Origin: an uncultured virus (IMG/VR IMGVR_UViG_3300031760_000037)
Lineage: Duplodnaviria > Heunggongvirae > Uroviricota > Caudoviricetes
Strand: one strand, 5' to 3'
DNA: 64,000 nt
IMG/VR virus record: IMGVR_UViG_3300031760_000037
In this document: positions 14,301 to 27,207 of the stretch, in pieces
Layout of the letters: each line of letters opens with the position of its first letter
Numbering within the stretch: the first letter of the stretch is position 1
Translations under genes and position numbers: made by a program
Notes under the pieces: model-generated
The model's input: the letters and a program-made list of their open reading frames with translations, nothing else
Databases searched by the model: none
What the model was told of the DNA's origin: nothing

Positions 14301-15472
14301 AAACTACTTGAGTAAAATGATTAGCACTTATAGCTGAATATAGAAAAAGAATGCTAATGGAGAAAGCAGGATTACAATATTCAACTTCTAATACTGCTGA
14401 TCAAAAAGCTCAAATTAAATTAATTGAAAATCAAGTAGCTTGAGAATTATGACCATATCTATGGTTAGCTGATAGAAGACAGTATTCTAATCTTATGTGA
14501 AGATGGTTTGTTGAAAAACATCCTGAATATAAAGATTATGATCCATTCAAATGATTAACTGACAAAGATTGAAATTGGGATATTCATTGAGATGTAAAAC
14601 AAACTTGAATATTATGAACTGCATTACGAGCTAATCAATTAGCTAGAAGTGAAATGATTACATGAAATACAAATGGATATGAATTAGCTAATGTGTTCAC
14701 AGAAAAATTCTGAAGTCCATTTGATGAAAAATGAAATTTCGATGAAGTTAAAGCTGCACAGATTATTGATATGACAACTCTATTAGATCAAGCTCTTGAA
14801 GATGCAGATAAAACTCCAATGGACCGTTCATTAATTGAAGCTCCATGGCTAACTAAGAATCTTGATTTATGGAATTGGGTTTTAGATAGTGATAATCCAG
14901 CAGCAGAAAAATTCCGTAATCAAATTTGAGAACCAATTATTGATAATATCAGATGATTGCTTTATGATACTTATAATGATTTAACTTCATTGCCTGAATT
15001 ACTAGACTTGCTTAATGATAAAGACGTTATAACAACTATATTATGAAAATGAAAAAGGTGATATAAATGATGAAGCAGTCTTTATTATTGAAATAATACA
15101 AGGAAAAACTATGATTATTACAGCAAGCCTGCTAATGCATTCAAGGCATGGTGAGCTTCTAATTTATCTAAGTTTGCAAACTGATATGGAACATGAAAGT
15201 CAAGATATGCCTGAAATTATTCAAGTAAAGAATTCTACTTCTTGAACCAAAGAAGCTATCGAAATAATGTCAATTCCACAAGAATCGCTCCAGACATTCC
15301 ACTCAGCATCTGAGGATTCTCTAAGACTACAGTCAAGTCAAAGAATCCAGTTAGCTGATTCACAACAAACATTAAGCCTTGGGAAGAAAGATCAACCGCT
15401 AAGTTTGGAAAAGGTAAGGGAATTGTTTGATGAGAAAGATCTCGATGACCAGTATCTAGTTTCAAAGCTTAA
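11378..15472 (+). CDS. Large mostly helical protein (1,364 aa), probable internal virion/ejection protein
   Basis: ATG 11378 (MATRCQVNKKQ) to TAA 15470-15472 with TGA=Gly. Gly-rich hydrophobic patches; lies between the giant protein and the portal. Function inferred from context only. Confidence 0.7.
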
Positions 15473-15644
15473 ATATATAATGGATAATGCCGTTACTGCT
15501 AATCCTAAAACTTGAGAATTAATGGAAGATTTTAAAACAAAATTAGATGCTATTAAATATATAATGAAGTTAAAATGATTTGGTTGAAAAGATGCACAAT
15601 TTGTTGTGAATCTCTTCAACTCAAATCAAGGTAAGATTGGATAA
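15267..15644 (+). CDS. Terminase small subunit-like protein (125 aa)
   Basis: Track ORF 15267 extended through TGA: ...DDQYLVSKLKYIMDNAVTANPKTGELMEDFKTKLDAIKYIMKLKG..., resembling the TerS helical hairpin. Directly upstream of the portal; overlaps the previous CDS by 206 nt. Confidence 0.55.
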
Positions 15645-15667
15645 TTTATTTCATTTAATCTATTCAA

Positions 15668-17728
15668 ATGCCAAGAAAAGCGAATCCAGAACAACAATCA
15701 TTACAAAAGTACCTCACTAAAAAAACAAATTCAAATCAACAAATTGTTGATATTAAACTCATTCAAAAGATGAATGATAATCAAAATAGTGATGTAGCTA
15801 AATACCTTCACGGATTAGTTCCTAAGGTATTTGAATATTTTGATAATAATTTTTGGTGCTGAAAAATTGATTGATATAAAAAATATATTTGATATGCCTG
15901 AGATAGAGCATTTGCATTAGAACAGAAATGACAAGAATGGAGATCTAATATCGTAACTCCATTAACAAGGACATTTGCTGATGCTCTATATAATAGAATA
16001 TTTGATTCTGAATTCGCTATTGATGTTTATGCTACTACTCCTTCATGAGCTAAAGAATATACTGTTAAAATAGATTGAGAAGAAGTAGTATGGTCTCCAA
16101 AAAAATCTGCAGAAGCATTAAATGAATGGTGCTATATTACTTCACGTATTGATGATAATATCAAACGTGCTGCAAAAGATGCTGTAAATACATGAGATTG
16201 ATTTTGGAGAGTTGATATGAACGTGGCTGATGAATTACAAAACTGGTTAGATGATACTAAAGCTAATGATTGAAAAGCTTCTACTAAATGGTATGAGCTT
16301 AAAAAATGTAATGCCGTTGCTGAATATATTCCTTGGGAGGAAATCATCTATGATGCACATAGAGATTTCTATGAATCAGAATTTGTATGATGGAGAAGAA
16401 TAGAATCTGAAGCTAAATTTAAAGCAAGATGGGATTGGTTAGTATCAGTCTCTGACGCTACCTTTGATTATTTAAATAAAGAATGAAACAAGAGATTGTT
16501 CTTTAATAAGGACTATTCTAAATTTAGGAATCTAAAACAGTATGAAAACTTATTAAAGAATAATTCATTCTGATTTGTAGAAACTGATATCTATGGATTA
16601 GACTTTGAAAACATAAAAGATAAATGAGAAACTTATGAACATTGGACAAATGATACTTTAACAATCTGTAGAAATTGATATGTAATATATGATGGTCCAA
16701 ATCCATATTGAGGTATAATCCCTTTTGTGCATTTGTGATTATGAATTGCTGCCAATCAATGAGTCAACGATGGTATTTGTCAACTTTTATATTCTATACA
16801 AATACTCTATGACCTCGTATATAACTGATATGCAGACTACCTTAAAAGACATTTTAATCCAATGTATATGTCAACAGGCGCACAACGAATCGAATGATTC
16901 GAAACAGGATATCTTGATTGGGAGCCGTATAAAATCATTAAAAATTTGGGAGAAGGTAAGGTTGAAAGAATCGATCTCTGAGATGATGTGACGAATGGAT
17001 TTTCTATGCTTCAATCGCTCTACGAAATGGCTAGCCAGATTTCGGGAGTTACTAGATATACTTGAGCATGAGCTTGATCTTGAGTCGAAAGAAGTCCGAG
17101 AGCTGCAGACTATCAAGTCCAGATTACCCTTGAAGTCCTCAAACCTATTGTATCAAGTATATCGAAAGCTTTGGACATGACATCTAAGATCCGATGTCAA
17201 CTTGCAAAAACGAAGCTACCTCCAAAGTCAATTGTATCCATCATGGGTGAAAAAGGAGCAGAAACCTTCAAAAAAATCTCGCTCGAAGACCTCGAGAACG
17301 ACTTCACGATTAAATACAATAACTCGTCAATAGCTGATTATACTAAGACAAAAGAGTTAAATCAAATCCAAAGCTTCATGAATTACTGACAAGTATTATG
17401 AAATGATCCAGCTAGAAACGCTTATATCTTAGATCAAGAAGCTTTGATTAAGAAAGTTGCCGAATTACTTGAAATAGACTGAGCTTTACTTAAGCCAGAA
17501 GATTTACAAAGAATTCGTGAAGAATGGTGAATTGCTACTGTTACTGCTGATACTGCTGTGCAAAATGTTGCACAACAGGCTCAGGCAGAAGCACAACAAG
17601 CAGCAGTGCCAGAATGACAAGCTAATCCAGAATTAGCTATGGCTGAAGCCGATGCCGAACAAGCATTACAAGAGACAGCTCCAGCTGATATGAGCCAATT
17701 TGCAGTAGCGCCTACCGTCGTATCGTAG
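15668..17728 (+). CDS. Portal protein (686 aa)
   Basis: Track fragments 15668 and 17171 are in one frame. WRSNIVTPLTRTF, GDGFWRV, IYDGPNPYGGIIPFV and a Q/A-rich C-terminus are typical of P22/T7-type portals; precedes scaffold and capsid. Confidence 0.8.
16770..17333 (+). CDS. Candidate overprinted gene in the +1 frame inside the portal (~187 aa; alternative ATG 16809)
   Basis: Track ORFs 16725 and 16995 fuse via TGA; the frame has no TAA/TAG from 16719 to TAG 17331. Portal synonymous codons shift to CTC/CTT/GTC/ATC/NCG over this interval. Confidence 0.5.
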
Positions 17729-17767
17729 ACGTGACTCAAATATTTTAACATTTAATATTACGAAACT

Positions 17768-18781
17768 ATGGAATGAAACGCTAATACATGAGCAGTAACA
17801 ACTGCTAACGCAACTACTTGAAGCACAAGTGCTGATTCAATTGTTTGAACAACAGCTGCGCCGCAAGCTCCAACGCAAATGGATGCAGGTTCAATTGAAA
17901 ATTATTTAGTGTCTATAAATAAAGCAGCACCATGAAATCCAAAATGAACACCTGGATGAATTGATGAAGCTTTAGCATGAAAGACGCTTGATCAACAAAT
18001 TGATATAATCAATAAAATTGATGCAATTGTTGATAATACAAATCGTAATCCTAACTTTATTGATGCAGGATGAGTTCAGAGAGATTTACAACAACAACAA
18101 AAGCAAGCTCCAGCTGAACAAACTCCAGCTCAGCCAGAAGAACAAAAGCAATGACCAACTATCGAAGAAAGAATTGCTGCTATAGAAAAAGCACAATTAA
18201 AACAAGCTGAAGATAGAGTTATAGCTGAGGCTGAAAAATCTCCAGATAATTGGGAAGAAATCTCTTATGAAGAGTGGCAAGATCACTGGAATGAATTTCA
18301 GCAGACACAACAAGAGCTTCAAGAAGTGAAGCAAAAGGCAGCTGAGCACTACAAAAATAACCTTGCATTATCTTGAGAAAATGATATATTAAAGTCAACG
18401 ATAGGTTCACTCCAGTCTGAACTTAAAGATACAAAATCCAAATTAGCTTACTTGGAATCGACTGCTAACATTGTCAATGATGCTCAGGAAACTAAGCTTC
18501 TTAACTTGAGAAGGGATGCAGCAGCTAATCCATGATGAGCTGCTGAGTTGAATTATCTCAACTTCCTACAGCATGAACGACAAAATCTTACTGGACAAGA
18601 CTTATCAAATAATATAAAGGATTTATATTTCGACAGAGTTCAACGTCAGGCAAAACCTGAGTGATCTGATTATGAAATACCTACTAATACGAAACAACAG
18701 GGGAACCCAGAATTGAACAAACAATCTATGGGTGGTAACGAGACTCAAAATCCTGGTAGCTTAGAAGACTACCTTATTTAG
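17768..18781 (+). CDS. Capsid scaffolding protein-like (337 aa)
   Basis: Low-complexity N-terminus plus coiled coil; lies between portal and capsid; ends NPGSLEDYLI. Confidence 0.7.
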
Positions 18782-18803
18782 TTTTATTAACCACTTATTA
18801 AAA

Positions 18804-20414
18804 ATGCCAGCAGCAGATCAATTTGCAAATGGGTGTCCAACTGGTTGTGGAACTAATTGAACACCTGGAACTAATTGTCCATTAGGACCATCTTTGGTTA
18901 ACTACCAAAGAACTGATAGTTATAAGGTTTGAGACCTTGTAAATAAACTTTGTCAGACTCCCTTACTCACATGGAAATGGGTATGTAAATACTGACAATA
19001 CGCTTCACTTCCATACTTGATGTTCACATACGGTGACTATACAAACGCATCAGGATGAGTGAGCAAAATCCTCCAATTCAAAAACGTCCCTCAGTATACA
19101 ACTCTTACAGAGACTGGGTATTCAGTAAAATGGTGAGAGACTGTTGAATCATTCCCAGAATGTTTCGCTGATGGAGATCAAGAAGAAACTAATGTAGTAA
19201 AAGTTAGTTCATCTGACGCTCTAAGAAAATTCTTCGTGAATGATATGGTTACAATCTATGCTACAGATTATAACTCAAATAACCCTCAAGACACTGAGAC
19301 TTCATGAAATCTACCAGATGGATTCAACTGGAGTTTGAACCATGAAGGAACTGACGGTAAACAAGATGCTAGCGCTGAAGGAAATAAACCTCTAACAGCT
19401 CAAAAATGAGATAATCCTCATGAAGCAAGTTCTTGTTGTACTCTTGAATTAAGAGCAAAGATTACAGCTATCGATGTTGTTAATATGACTCTTACATTCA
19501 ATATTCCTGTATCAGTTAAAGATGGTGATAGAATCTTAAGAGACTACCACTTAATCGCATCTTGTGAAAGATTCGAAACTGGAGCAGCTCTTGAGCCAAC
19601 TGATTACTTCGAATCATTCTATCAATACTTTGGATGAACATTAACATTCACTCAAGAAGAATTGAATAAATGTTATGCTACACCAAATGGACCTCACGAT
19701 TATGTAAATGCTAAATTCGAAGCATTATACAAATCATTATTCCTTGATGTAGGTAACGCTTTCTGGAAAGGATTGAACGTTAAAGAAATCCAATGAGTTC
19801 AAGAAGCACAAACTATGGGTATCCTTCCTGCTATCTATAGAGAAGCAGCTAATGGAAAGAATATAGTTCATGATCTTAGAAATAAGACTTCTGATATAGC
19901 TAAGGTTAGAGCTTTGCTTGATATCTTTGAACAAGCACAACAATGTATTATTGAAGGTATTGATCAAACTCTTGTAGTTGCAGGTAACAACAAGTTCTGG
20001 ACTGCACTTACAAAGTTAAATCCAGCATGGCAATCATATGCAGCTTGTATGCCTATCTGTGATGAACAAAATGAAGTATCATTCAAAGTTAAGAATATTA
20101 ATACTGTTTACGGTAGAGTTGAGTTCTATACTGACTTCTTCTTACAGTACTACTATCCTAACAAGTCATTCGCAGTAGTAATGCCTAAGGGATTAACTTC
20201 AATGTGGATGCCTGAATATGAAAGATTATCTGTATCTAATGGAAGTTCTATCATGTTCGATAATGTTGTACCAGGATTCAAAGTTGAAGATCTTAACATC
20301 TTGAACGTTGGAAAACTTGGATGTCCTACAACAATTCAAATCTCTACAAGATTCGCACTTATCCACGCAGGAATGAGAAGCGGATGCTGGAGAATTATTG
20401 AATGACTTTACTAG
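18804..20414 (+). CDS. Major capsid protein (536 aa)
   Basis: Includes track ORF 19815 (MGILPAI...INTVYGRVEF...). Follows the scaffold, is followed by a terminator, and shows highly expressed codon bias. Confidence 0.8.
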
Positions 20415-20427
20415 TATGATATACCTT

Positions 20428-20462
20428 GGAAGAGAGTTCTCGCTGAGAACTCTTTTTCCTTA
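20428..20462 (+). terminator. Intrinsic terminator after capsid gene
   Basis: agagttctc-gct-gagaactct hairpin followed by a T run. Confidence 0.8.
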
Positions 20463-20490
20463 TTGAAAAATTCATACTAAACATTATAGT
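20463..20490 (+). promoter_or_regulatory. Sigma70-like promoter for adaptor/nozzle genes
   Basis: TTGAAA-N16-TATAGT directly after the terminator. Confidence 0.45.
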
Positions 20491-20523
20491 TAATTTAATG
20501 ATTTACTTCATAATTAAAGTATT

Positions 20524-21345
20524 ATGACCACTGTATCAGAATTTCTTAGAGATGTATTCCCTTTAGTTAAACAGCAGTGATTTACTGCACAATATGGTGA
20601 AGAATGATTTATATGAGCAATCAATGCATGATTAACTTATATTTATTGTTACAAAGCTCACAGACGTAATTGGCAGATTAGAACTGAAGCTATACGAGCT
20701 GATGAAAATTGAAGGCTTTATTGAACTACTGCTAGACCTATAATTGATATTAATAATTTCTGGTGTGGTAAAAAATTAGAATGTATTGTAGAAAAAGAAA
20801 AAGAACGTGAACAATGCTGCTGAAATAAATCAATTTATTGTTCTAAATGTTCTAAATGTTGTGAACTAAAATGATGTTGCTGCTCTGTTGAAAAAACATT
20901 AGATATGATCCAGGTATCTCCATGAGCTGTGCTCACTGATTGAACATATAAAATCTCAGGATGAGATAGTTGGATGTGAGGTATGTTCTGAAACTACGTT
21001 GAAGCTAAAATGCCAAAAGATGTTTGTTGTTCTTGTCAACAATGTGAACAAGTATATATTACATATACTTCACGATTTAATAACGTAAAATGTCCAACAG
21101 ATGAGATTCAATTGCCTGATGCTTATCTCGCTGCTTTAGTTTTTGCTGTAGCTTCTTTCTCAGTAATGTGATATCTATCATTCCGTGCTAGTGATGATGC
21201 TAGTTATCTTGCTATTTGTGATCGTATCCTTGATTGATTGGACTGATTACAGGTAAACATTCCTACTAAAATTAGAGATAGAACTACTCAAGCTGAAGAA
21301 AAAATAGCAAGCAGAACTAATTCTGCTGCGATAAGTACATTCTAA
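20524..21345 (+). CDS. Head-tail adaptor / tail tubular protein A-like, Cys-rich (273 aa)
   Basis: MTTVSEFLRDV...INAGLTYIY...DEIQLPDAYLAALVFAVA pattern typical of adaptors; 18 Cys counted. Confidence 0.6.
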
Positions 21346-21378
21346 TAATCTCAATTTTTACTTCGTAAAAATTCCCTT

Positions 21379-23787
21379 ATGGCTGCGGAAAATGATATTC
21401 AATTTTTTGAAGCACCATTCCAATATCAGATTGGTGAGTTCACTTCAAATGTAAATCTTACATATCACAAATTGATAAATACTCGTCCTATAAAGATGCC
21501 TCAATTGAATACATGATTTGAGACTCCTTTTACTCAAGCTTATAATGAGAAATGAGATAAATCTTATTTCTGAATTAAAAAGCGTGAATGATTTTATAAC
21601 TGTGATAATTGATTGGAGGAATTACTAAGGTTTAATTTCCAATCTGCTTGAGTATCAACCGATTATATTATAACAGATCATCAGATAGTAGAATGACGTA
21701 GATTTGTTATGGCATGTAATATTACTTTTGAATATATGTGTATTGCTACTATGGAGCCTGGACCTTCAATAGATTGTATACCACAACCACAAGATCCTTG
21801 TAAATGAACATGGAAATTACAATCAATGAGTGAGTCTTGAGCATCACCTTTATTTGAAACAACTCCATGTGCTTATCATAAATTCCAAAAGCTTAATACT
21901 TTACAATCTACTGAAACACAAACTGCATATGGCCTCTATATATGAACAGTAGTTATGGAATGATGAAGCACTACTGCTGTATTATTCAATGAAGATAGAA
22001 AATTAATCAGTTGATTAATTGTTTGAAAATTTGTTCAATTATATAATTCTCCTAATAATAATGATATCGTTGTTTGACAATCATTACAAGTTTGAGAATT
22101 TGATGCTATACATTGATGGTATAATATGTGATATGGTTCATGGATTTGAGTAACTCCAGAAAATCAAGAACCATTATATGATGAATCTTGAAATCAAATC
22201 TGAGTTCTAAACTTCCAATGAAAAGTCGATGTTAATATCTACGATGAGACAAAGCCTGGAATAGCTTTTGCTTGAAGTTGGATTCGTCCAGTTGCTTGAT
22301 CAGAAGAACGCAACTGAATATATGAATGGGATTGAAATAGATTTATGTTCTATCAACAAACTGCATTAAATCATGCTTCTATAACTTCATTAACTGAAGA
22401 CTATGATTGATTAGTTTATACTACTGATAGATGATATATTTATTTCATGCGTCCACATAGTGATAATTTTCAAAGTCTTTGATGAACTATTTATTCATCA
22501 AATAAACTTTATGAAAAATGGGATTTAGCAAAATGATGCTGAGATTATGTATTCTTATTCTGACCAGATTCAATGTGAATAGCATATAAAAATTGAACTG
22601 ATGAAAGATGAGATTACAGATGGAACATTCAAATCCTTGACAGATCATTATGATACCGAAATAAAGATTCTGTGTTAGTGTATAATGAAGAATTATATAT
22701 GATTGATAATAAAAAGAGATTTGTCAAATTAGATTTAGAAGCTACTACCGATTCATATTATCGTGTACACTTCAAACTAAACGCGACTGACATGTCTCTC
22801 CATTGGATAAATACAGATCTCAGAAATCTCTCAAGAGAATGATGAGATGAGGTATCTCTCTGTAAAGACGATTTTAGGATATATATAATCATTCAAGATA
22901 GTAGAGATAGATGGGAATGACATGAATGATATAATACAAAAATTTTAGTTTATGAAGATGAACTAAAATATCGACATTGGCGATATCTTTGTGATATTGA
23001 CATAAGATGATTCTATGATAAACTTTGGTGCTGACGTTGAATCTTTATGAATGATTGAGAAGAAGATAATTGAAGGCCATTTAAACAAATAATATCTATG
23101 ACATTCTGAGATACTTCATGGTTTACATGGAAAGAAGTATTATGGATTAAAGCAGCAATATGATATCATTCTAAAATCTCTGAAGATACTATATTTAAAT
23201 TCCGTGCTGATTGATGATGATATTCAAAAACTATTAAAATGAATACATTAAATACAGCAGCGTACGTAAAAGCTATAAATAAATTGCGTGAATCTTGAAC
23301 AACAGATCTTGAAGATTTACAAACTATTTATCGTGCTATGCCTATATGATTGTGAATATATAGCTGAAATTGAGTTTGATTAGCTAAAGATAAATATAGA
23401 GATGCTGAAACTGAATTTGAATTATATTGTAATTATGAACCTCCTGTAACATACAAAAAAGATACTTGTTGCGATGCCAAGCCTGCTAGTGAAGCTTCAG
23501 ACAATGGATGTACGATGAAAGCACCAGATGCAGATAAAGAAAATTTCTGAAGTGATCGCTTCCAATATCATTATAATATCGCAAAATATTCTACAATCCC
23601 TATTGATATCTGACAACAATGACAGAACTTCTATCTTGAAATAATCGCGAATAATTATGATTCAATAGAATTCTTATGATTTATGATATGATGGATGTTC
23701 ATGGATAATAACTTCGATTCAGTAGCGAATAAACCATATTATCAAACAACACCAAAAGATAGTTTGCCTTGAATGATGTGAAGATAA
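21379..23787 (+). CDS. Tail nozzle / tubular protein B-like, predicted beta-propeller (802 aa)
   Basis: Aromatic, beta-rich 800-aa ORF right after the adaptor, as in podovirus gene order. Confidence 0.6.
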
Positions 23788-23830
23788 AAATACAATTTAT
23801 TATAACATTTTATTATATAATAACGAAACA

Positions 23831-24163
23831 ATGGATGAAATTAAAAGCGTAATTTGACAATTACCTCCACAAGATATTAGTATCTTGAAAACACTCTATA
23901 ATCCAGAAGCTGCAAGATGAGAACTATCTGAGAATTGACAAAGAATGATTGCTATTCTTGATTGACTTTCAGTTGAAGAGCAACAAGATGCAGTTAATGT
24001 AGTTCCTGAACAATTACCTCAACCAGAAAGTGGAGATGTAAATGTTGAAGTTTCTGAGACTAGTGTTGAACAAGCACCAGCTGAATGAGCTCCAGAACAA
24101 TGAGAATTGGCTGAAGAAGAAAGAGTTAATCCAGCTGGAAATTTAGAAGACTTTTTAATTTAG
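23831..24163 (+). CDS. Acidic protein (110 aa) with scaffold-like C-terminus
   Basis: MDEIKSVIGQLPPQ...NPAGNLEDFLI*. Confidence 0.75.
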
Positions 24164-24188
24164 TTTTACTCTGTAAAATAAAATCGTA

Positions 24189-25367
24189 ATGGCTGATGCT
24201 TTAATAGAAACTACAGCTACTAATCCTTATGAGAGTATTGTTTCTGATACAACGAATCAAATCTCAGATGTAAATGCCGATATTCAGAGAATAACATCTG
24301 CTATAGAGAAGCTAGAACAATTATCTCCAACAAGTCCAACTCTTTCTAAACTTAGAGAAAGATTGGCTGAGTTAAAAGAAAAATCAGATTCTTTAACTGC
24401 TACTAATGATTCAGCAAAATCACTATTAAACTCATATAATGAGTCGTTATCTAATGCTAATACTATGGAATGAATATATCAATTAAAACAAGCTGAATTA
24501 AATAGAGCTCAAAAAGAAGCTGATCAATCTTATAGACAAATGTCTGAAGATGTAAAAAGAGCATGACAAAATTATATTAATGCTTTATGAAATGCTACTG
24601 CTAGTGAGAATGCTATCATTAATGCAAATGCTGGTAGAGAATGAGCATCTGCTCAATCTACAGCTGAAACAAGAGCTAGAAATTATCTTGCTAATGCTCA
24701 AGCACAAGCTGAGCAATATGGTAATATGGTTACTAATCTTAATGCTATTAATGATGCAAGATTAAATTCTAATGCTTGATATGTTCAACTATCTCAATCT
24801 AATGCAGATAATACTCTACGTCAACAAGTTATGAATAACTTTGAAGCTCAGCAAGCTGCATTAAACAATAGTGGTAGAAGTGGATGAAGTAGCAGATGAA
24901 CAAGCAACATTGTTGATCCATATGAACAAATATTACATTGAAAGAATAATCCTAAACCAGAAGTAACTGATGATACAGATACAAAATCAGAAGCTCCTAA
25001 AACAGAATATACATGAAGTCCTACCAAATATGTAGATTGAAAAACTACTGAAGCTATGATAACGGATCCAACAAATCCTAATTCATTAAAAAGGATTTCT
25101 GATGTCTGAGTTTATGGTTCAGAACGATATGATCTTGCACATGCCTGAGATATCTATGAACCTAAGTTCTGAAATTGATTCTGAGCATGAGAAACATATG
25201 CACAATTAAATAGGGAAAAGACGAATAAATTCCTTAAACAAAATCCATCTTGGAATTTATCAAACACTTCAGCATATTTAGCTGAAAATCCTAAATGAGA
25301 AAAATATGTATACTTTACAGATAAGAACGGATATCAAACAGCCGCTCCTTTAAAAGATTTATTATAA
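24189..25367 (+). CDS. Coiled-coil virion protein, possible DNA pilot/ejection protein (392 aa)
   Basis: Track ORF 24189 extended through TGA; A/Q/N-rich helical sequence. Confidence 0.65.
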
Positions 25368-25383
25368 TAAAAATAACGAAACT

Positions 25384-25683
25384 ATGGCAAATTGTATAAG
25401 ATGTTGATGATGTAAATGCAATGGTTCTTGCACATGTACACCACAAGAAATTAGACAATATAAAATCGATCATTGATTTAGAGTGCCTCCTGAGACATGA
25501 ACTAACATCCCTGAATCTATGTGAAAAGAGATTCGGGATCTTGATGAAAAAGACTATGTCGGTTTGTCTAAAGATGATGCTATCGCTTTATTCTTCAAAC
25601 AAACTGGTAAAATAGCAATCAGCGAAGCTGAGTTAAGAAAACTTTTATTACTTACTAAAAAATCAAATGACAGCAATGAGTAA
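25384..25683 (+). CDS. Hypothetical protein with Cys-rich N-terminus (99 aa)
   Basis: MANCIRCGGCKCNGSCTCTPQ... Confidence 0.7.
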
Positions 25684-25825
25684 AATGCAACAGACTGCTT
25701 CAAGTAGTCAAAAGAAACTTCAGCCTGGAAAGGCATATAGAATTAGAAAACCAGCGCAACCTAGTTCTGCATCTAAGAAGATGAAGAATATGGCAGCTTC
25801 TTGTCAAGCTTGCTCTGGAAAGTAA
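25667..25825 (+). CDS. Small basic protein (52 aa)
   Basis: MTAMSKMQQ...ASCQACSGK*; start codon uncertain. Confidence 0.55.
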   Translation: MTAMSKMQQTASSSQKKLQPGKAYRIRKPAQPSSASKKMKNMAASCQACSGK

Positions 25826-25872
25826 ACCTTATTTTATAAGGTTTTCTTTTACTTCATAAACCCCGTTTATCA

Positions 25873-27153
25873 ATGAAATACGGATGAGATAAAATAAAGC
25901 TAGTTACTGATGATCTTGCACTATGAGATAATATACAAGTATTATGATTTGATACTTGTTGATTTGCTCTTATTGGAAAATGGAAGAATGAATATTGAAC
26001 ATATTGAGATCCATTAATATCTTCAGAAACTCCATGTTGAACAGAAGGTAATTGTCCTAATTGCCAACCAAAAATATCTGATATTATTGATTTGCCTTGA
26101 TGGCCAAGTCCTTGTCCATCGTGAGATGCATTCCTTATGTTGAGTAAAGATTGAGTGCTTAAGACACTATGTAAAAATGCTTTAGAAGATAAAGATGAAA
26201 AACTAAAGATTAGTTCTTCTGATTGAGAAGCAGGATATTTAAAAGACAAATTATTAGTTTGTAATAGTAATAGTCCTATCACTTTAAATCAAAATACTAG
26301 TTGAAGTTTTCATACTATGTGTATTTGATGGGACCCATCAAAAGCAAATTTAAAATTTACTGATTTGAAAGACACTCCTAATAATTATGAATCTCCTGCA
26401 TTATTATATAGTGATGGTAGTTGAATAAATTATTTTAAACCTTCTACTTGTCCAGACCAGGATTTCTCATATATTATATATAATAAATTATCAGGATGAT
26501 TTGCTTCAATGTGTCCAGTAGATACCAGCCTTGCTGAATGGAGATTAGATAGTGAATATCTCATTGAACAACAACCTGGTGATACTGGTGATCATATTAT
26601 AAAGAATGGTTCTTATGCAACATTCTCATCTACTGATGATATATTAAAATGAAGTTGAGATGTAATATTCCAGTTAACCAAACCTTGAACATATATTATA
26701 ACTTGTAATTCTACAATTTATAATCAAACAGAAGCTTGGCTTAAAGCTGCTAGATGATGATTGCTAGTAAATGGTAATCCTCTTTGAGATGCCAAGTATG
26801 ATTCAAGAAGACATACTGAATATGTAAATGATGAATATCCAGACGCTAACGAAGAACAATTTAATGGTAATGCTAGAGAGCTAGAATTAACTATAATGTC
26901 TTTTAATACCGTATATATCACATCATTTGCTTGAGCAACATCTTCAAATCCAGTAAATATCTGATTCCATGTTGCACTTGATGCAAGAGTACAATGAGAT
27001 CCAAAACACTTCAAAGAGAAATGAGGTGCTGCTATGACTAAGCCACAATCTGTTAGAGTTGTTCTTACTAATGGTGCAGCAGAAACAGGTCCTAAAACTG
27101 TAATCTCTTGTGTAAGAGTCGGTGAGATACCTAAAACATATAGACAAAGATAA
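25873..27153 (+). CDS. Tail fibre/spike-like structural protein (426 aa)
   Basis: DEKLKISSSDGEAGYLKDKL fibre motif; C-terminal beta-sandwich-like FQLTKPGTYIITCNSTI. Confidence 0.6.
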
Positions 27154-27207
27154 ATAAAAAAATATAATAATTATAGCATTTATTTTAAATTCTAACCAGC
27201 AAATAAC

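Noticed and set aside
2..15472. Virion RNA polymerase call for the giant proteins
   Set aside because: No DxDxD or single-subunit RNAP motif recognised in the visible part; GDFDA near 2810 is insufficient.
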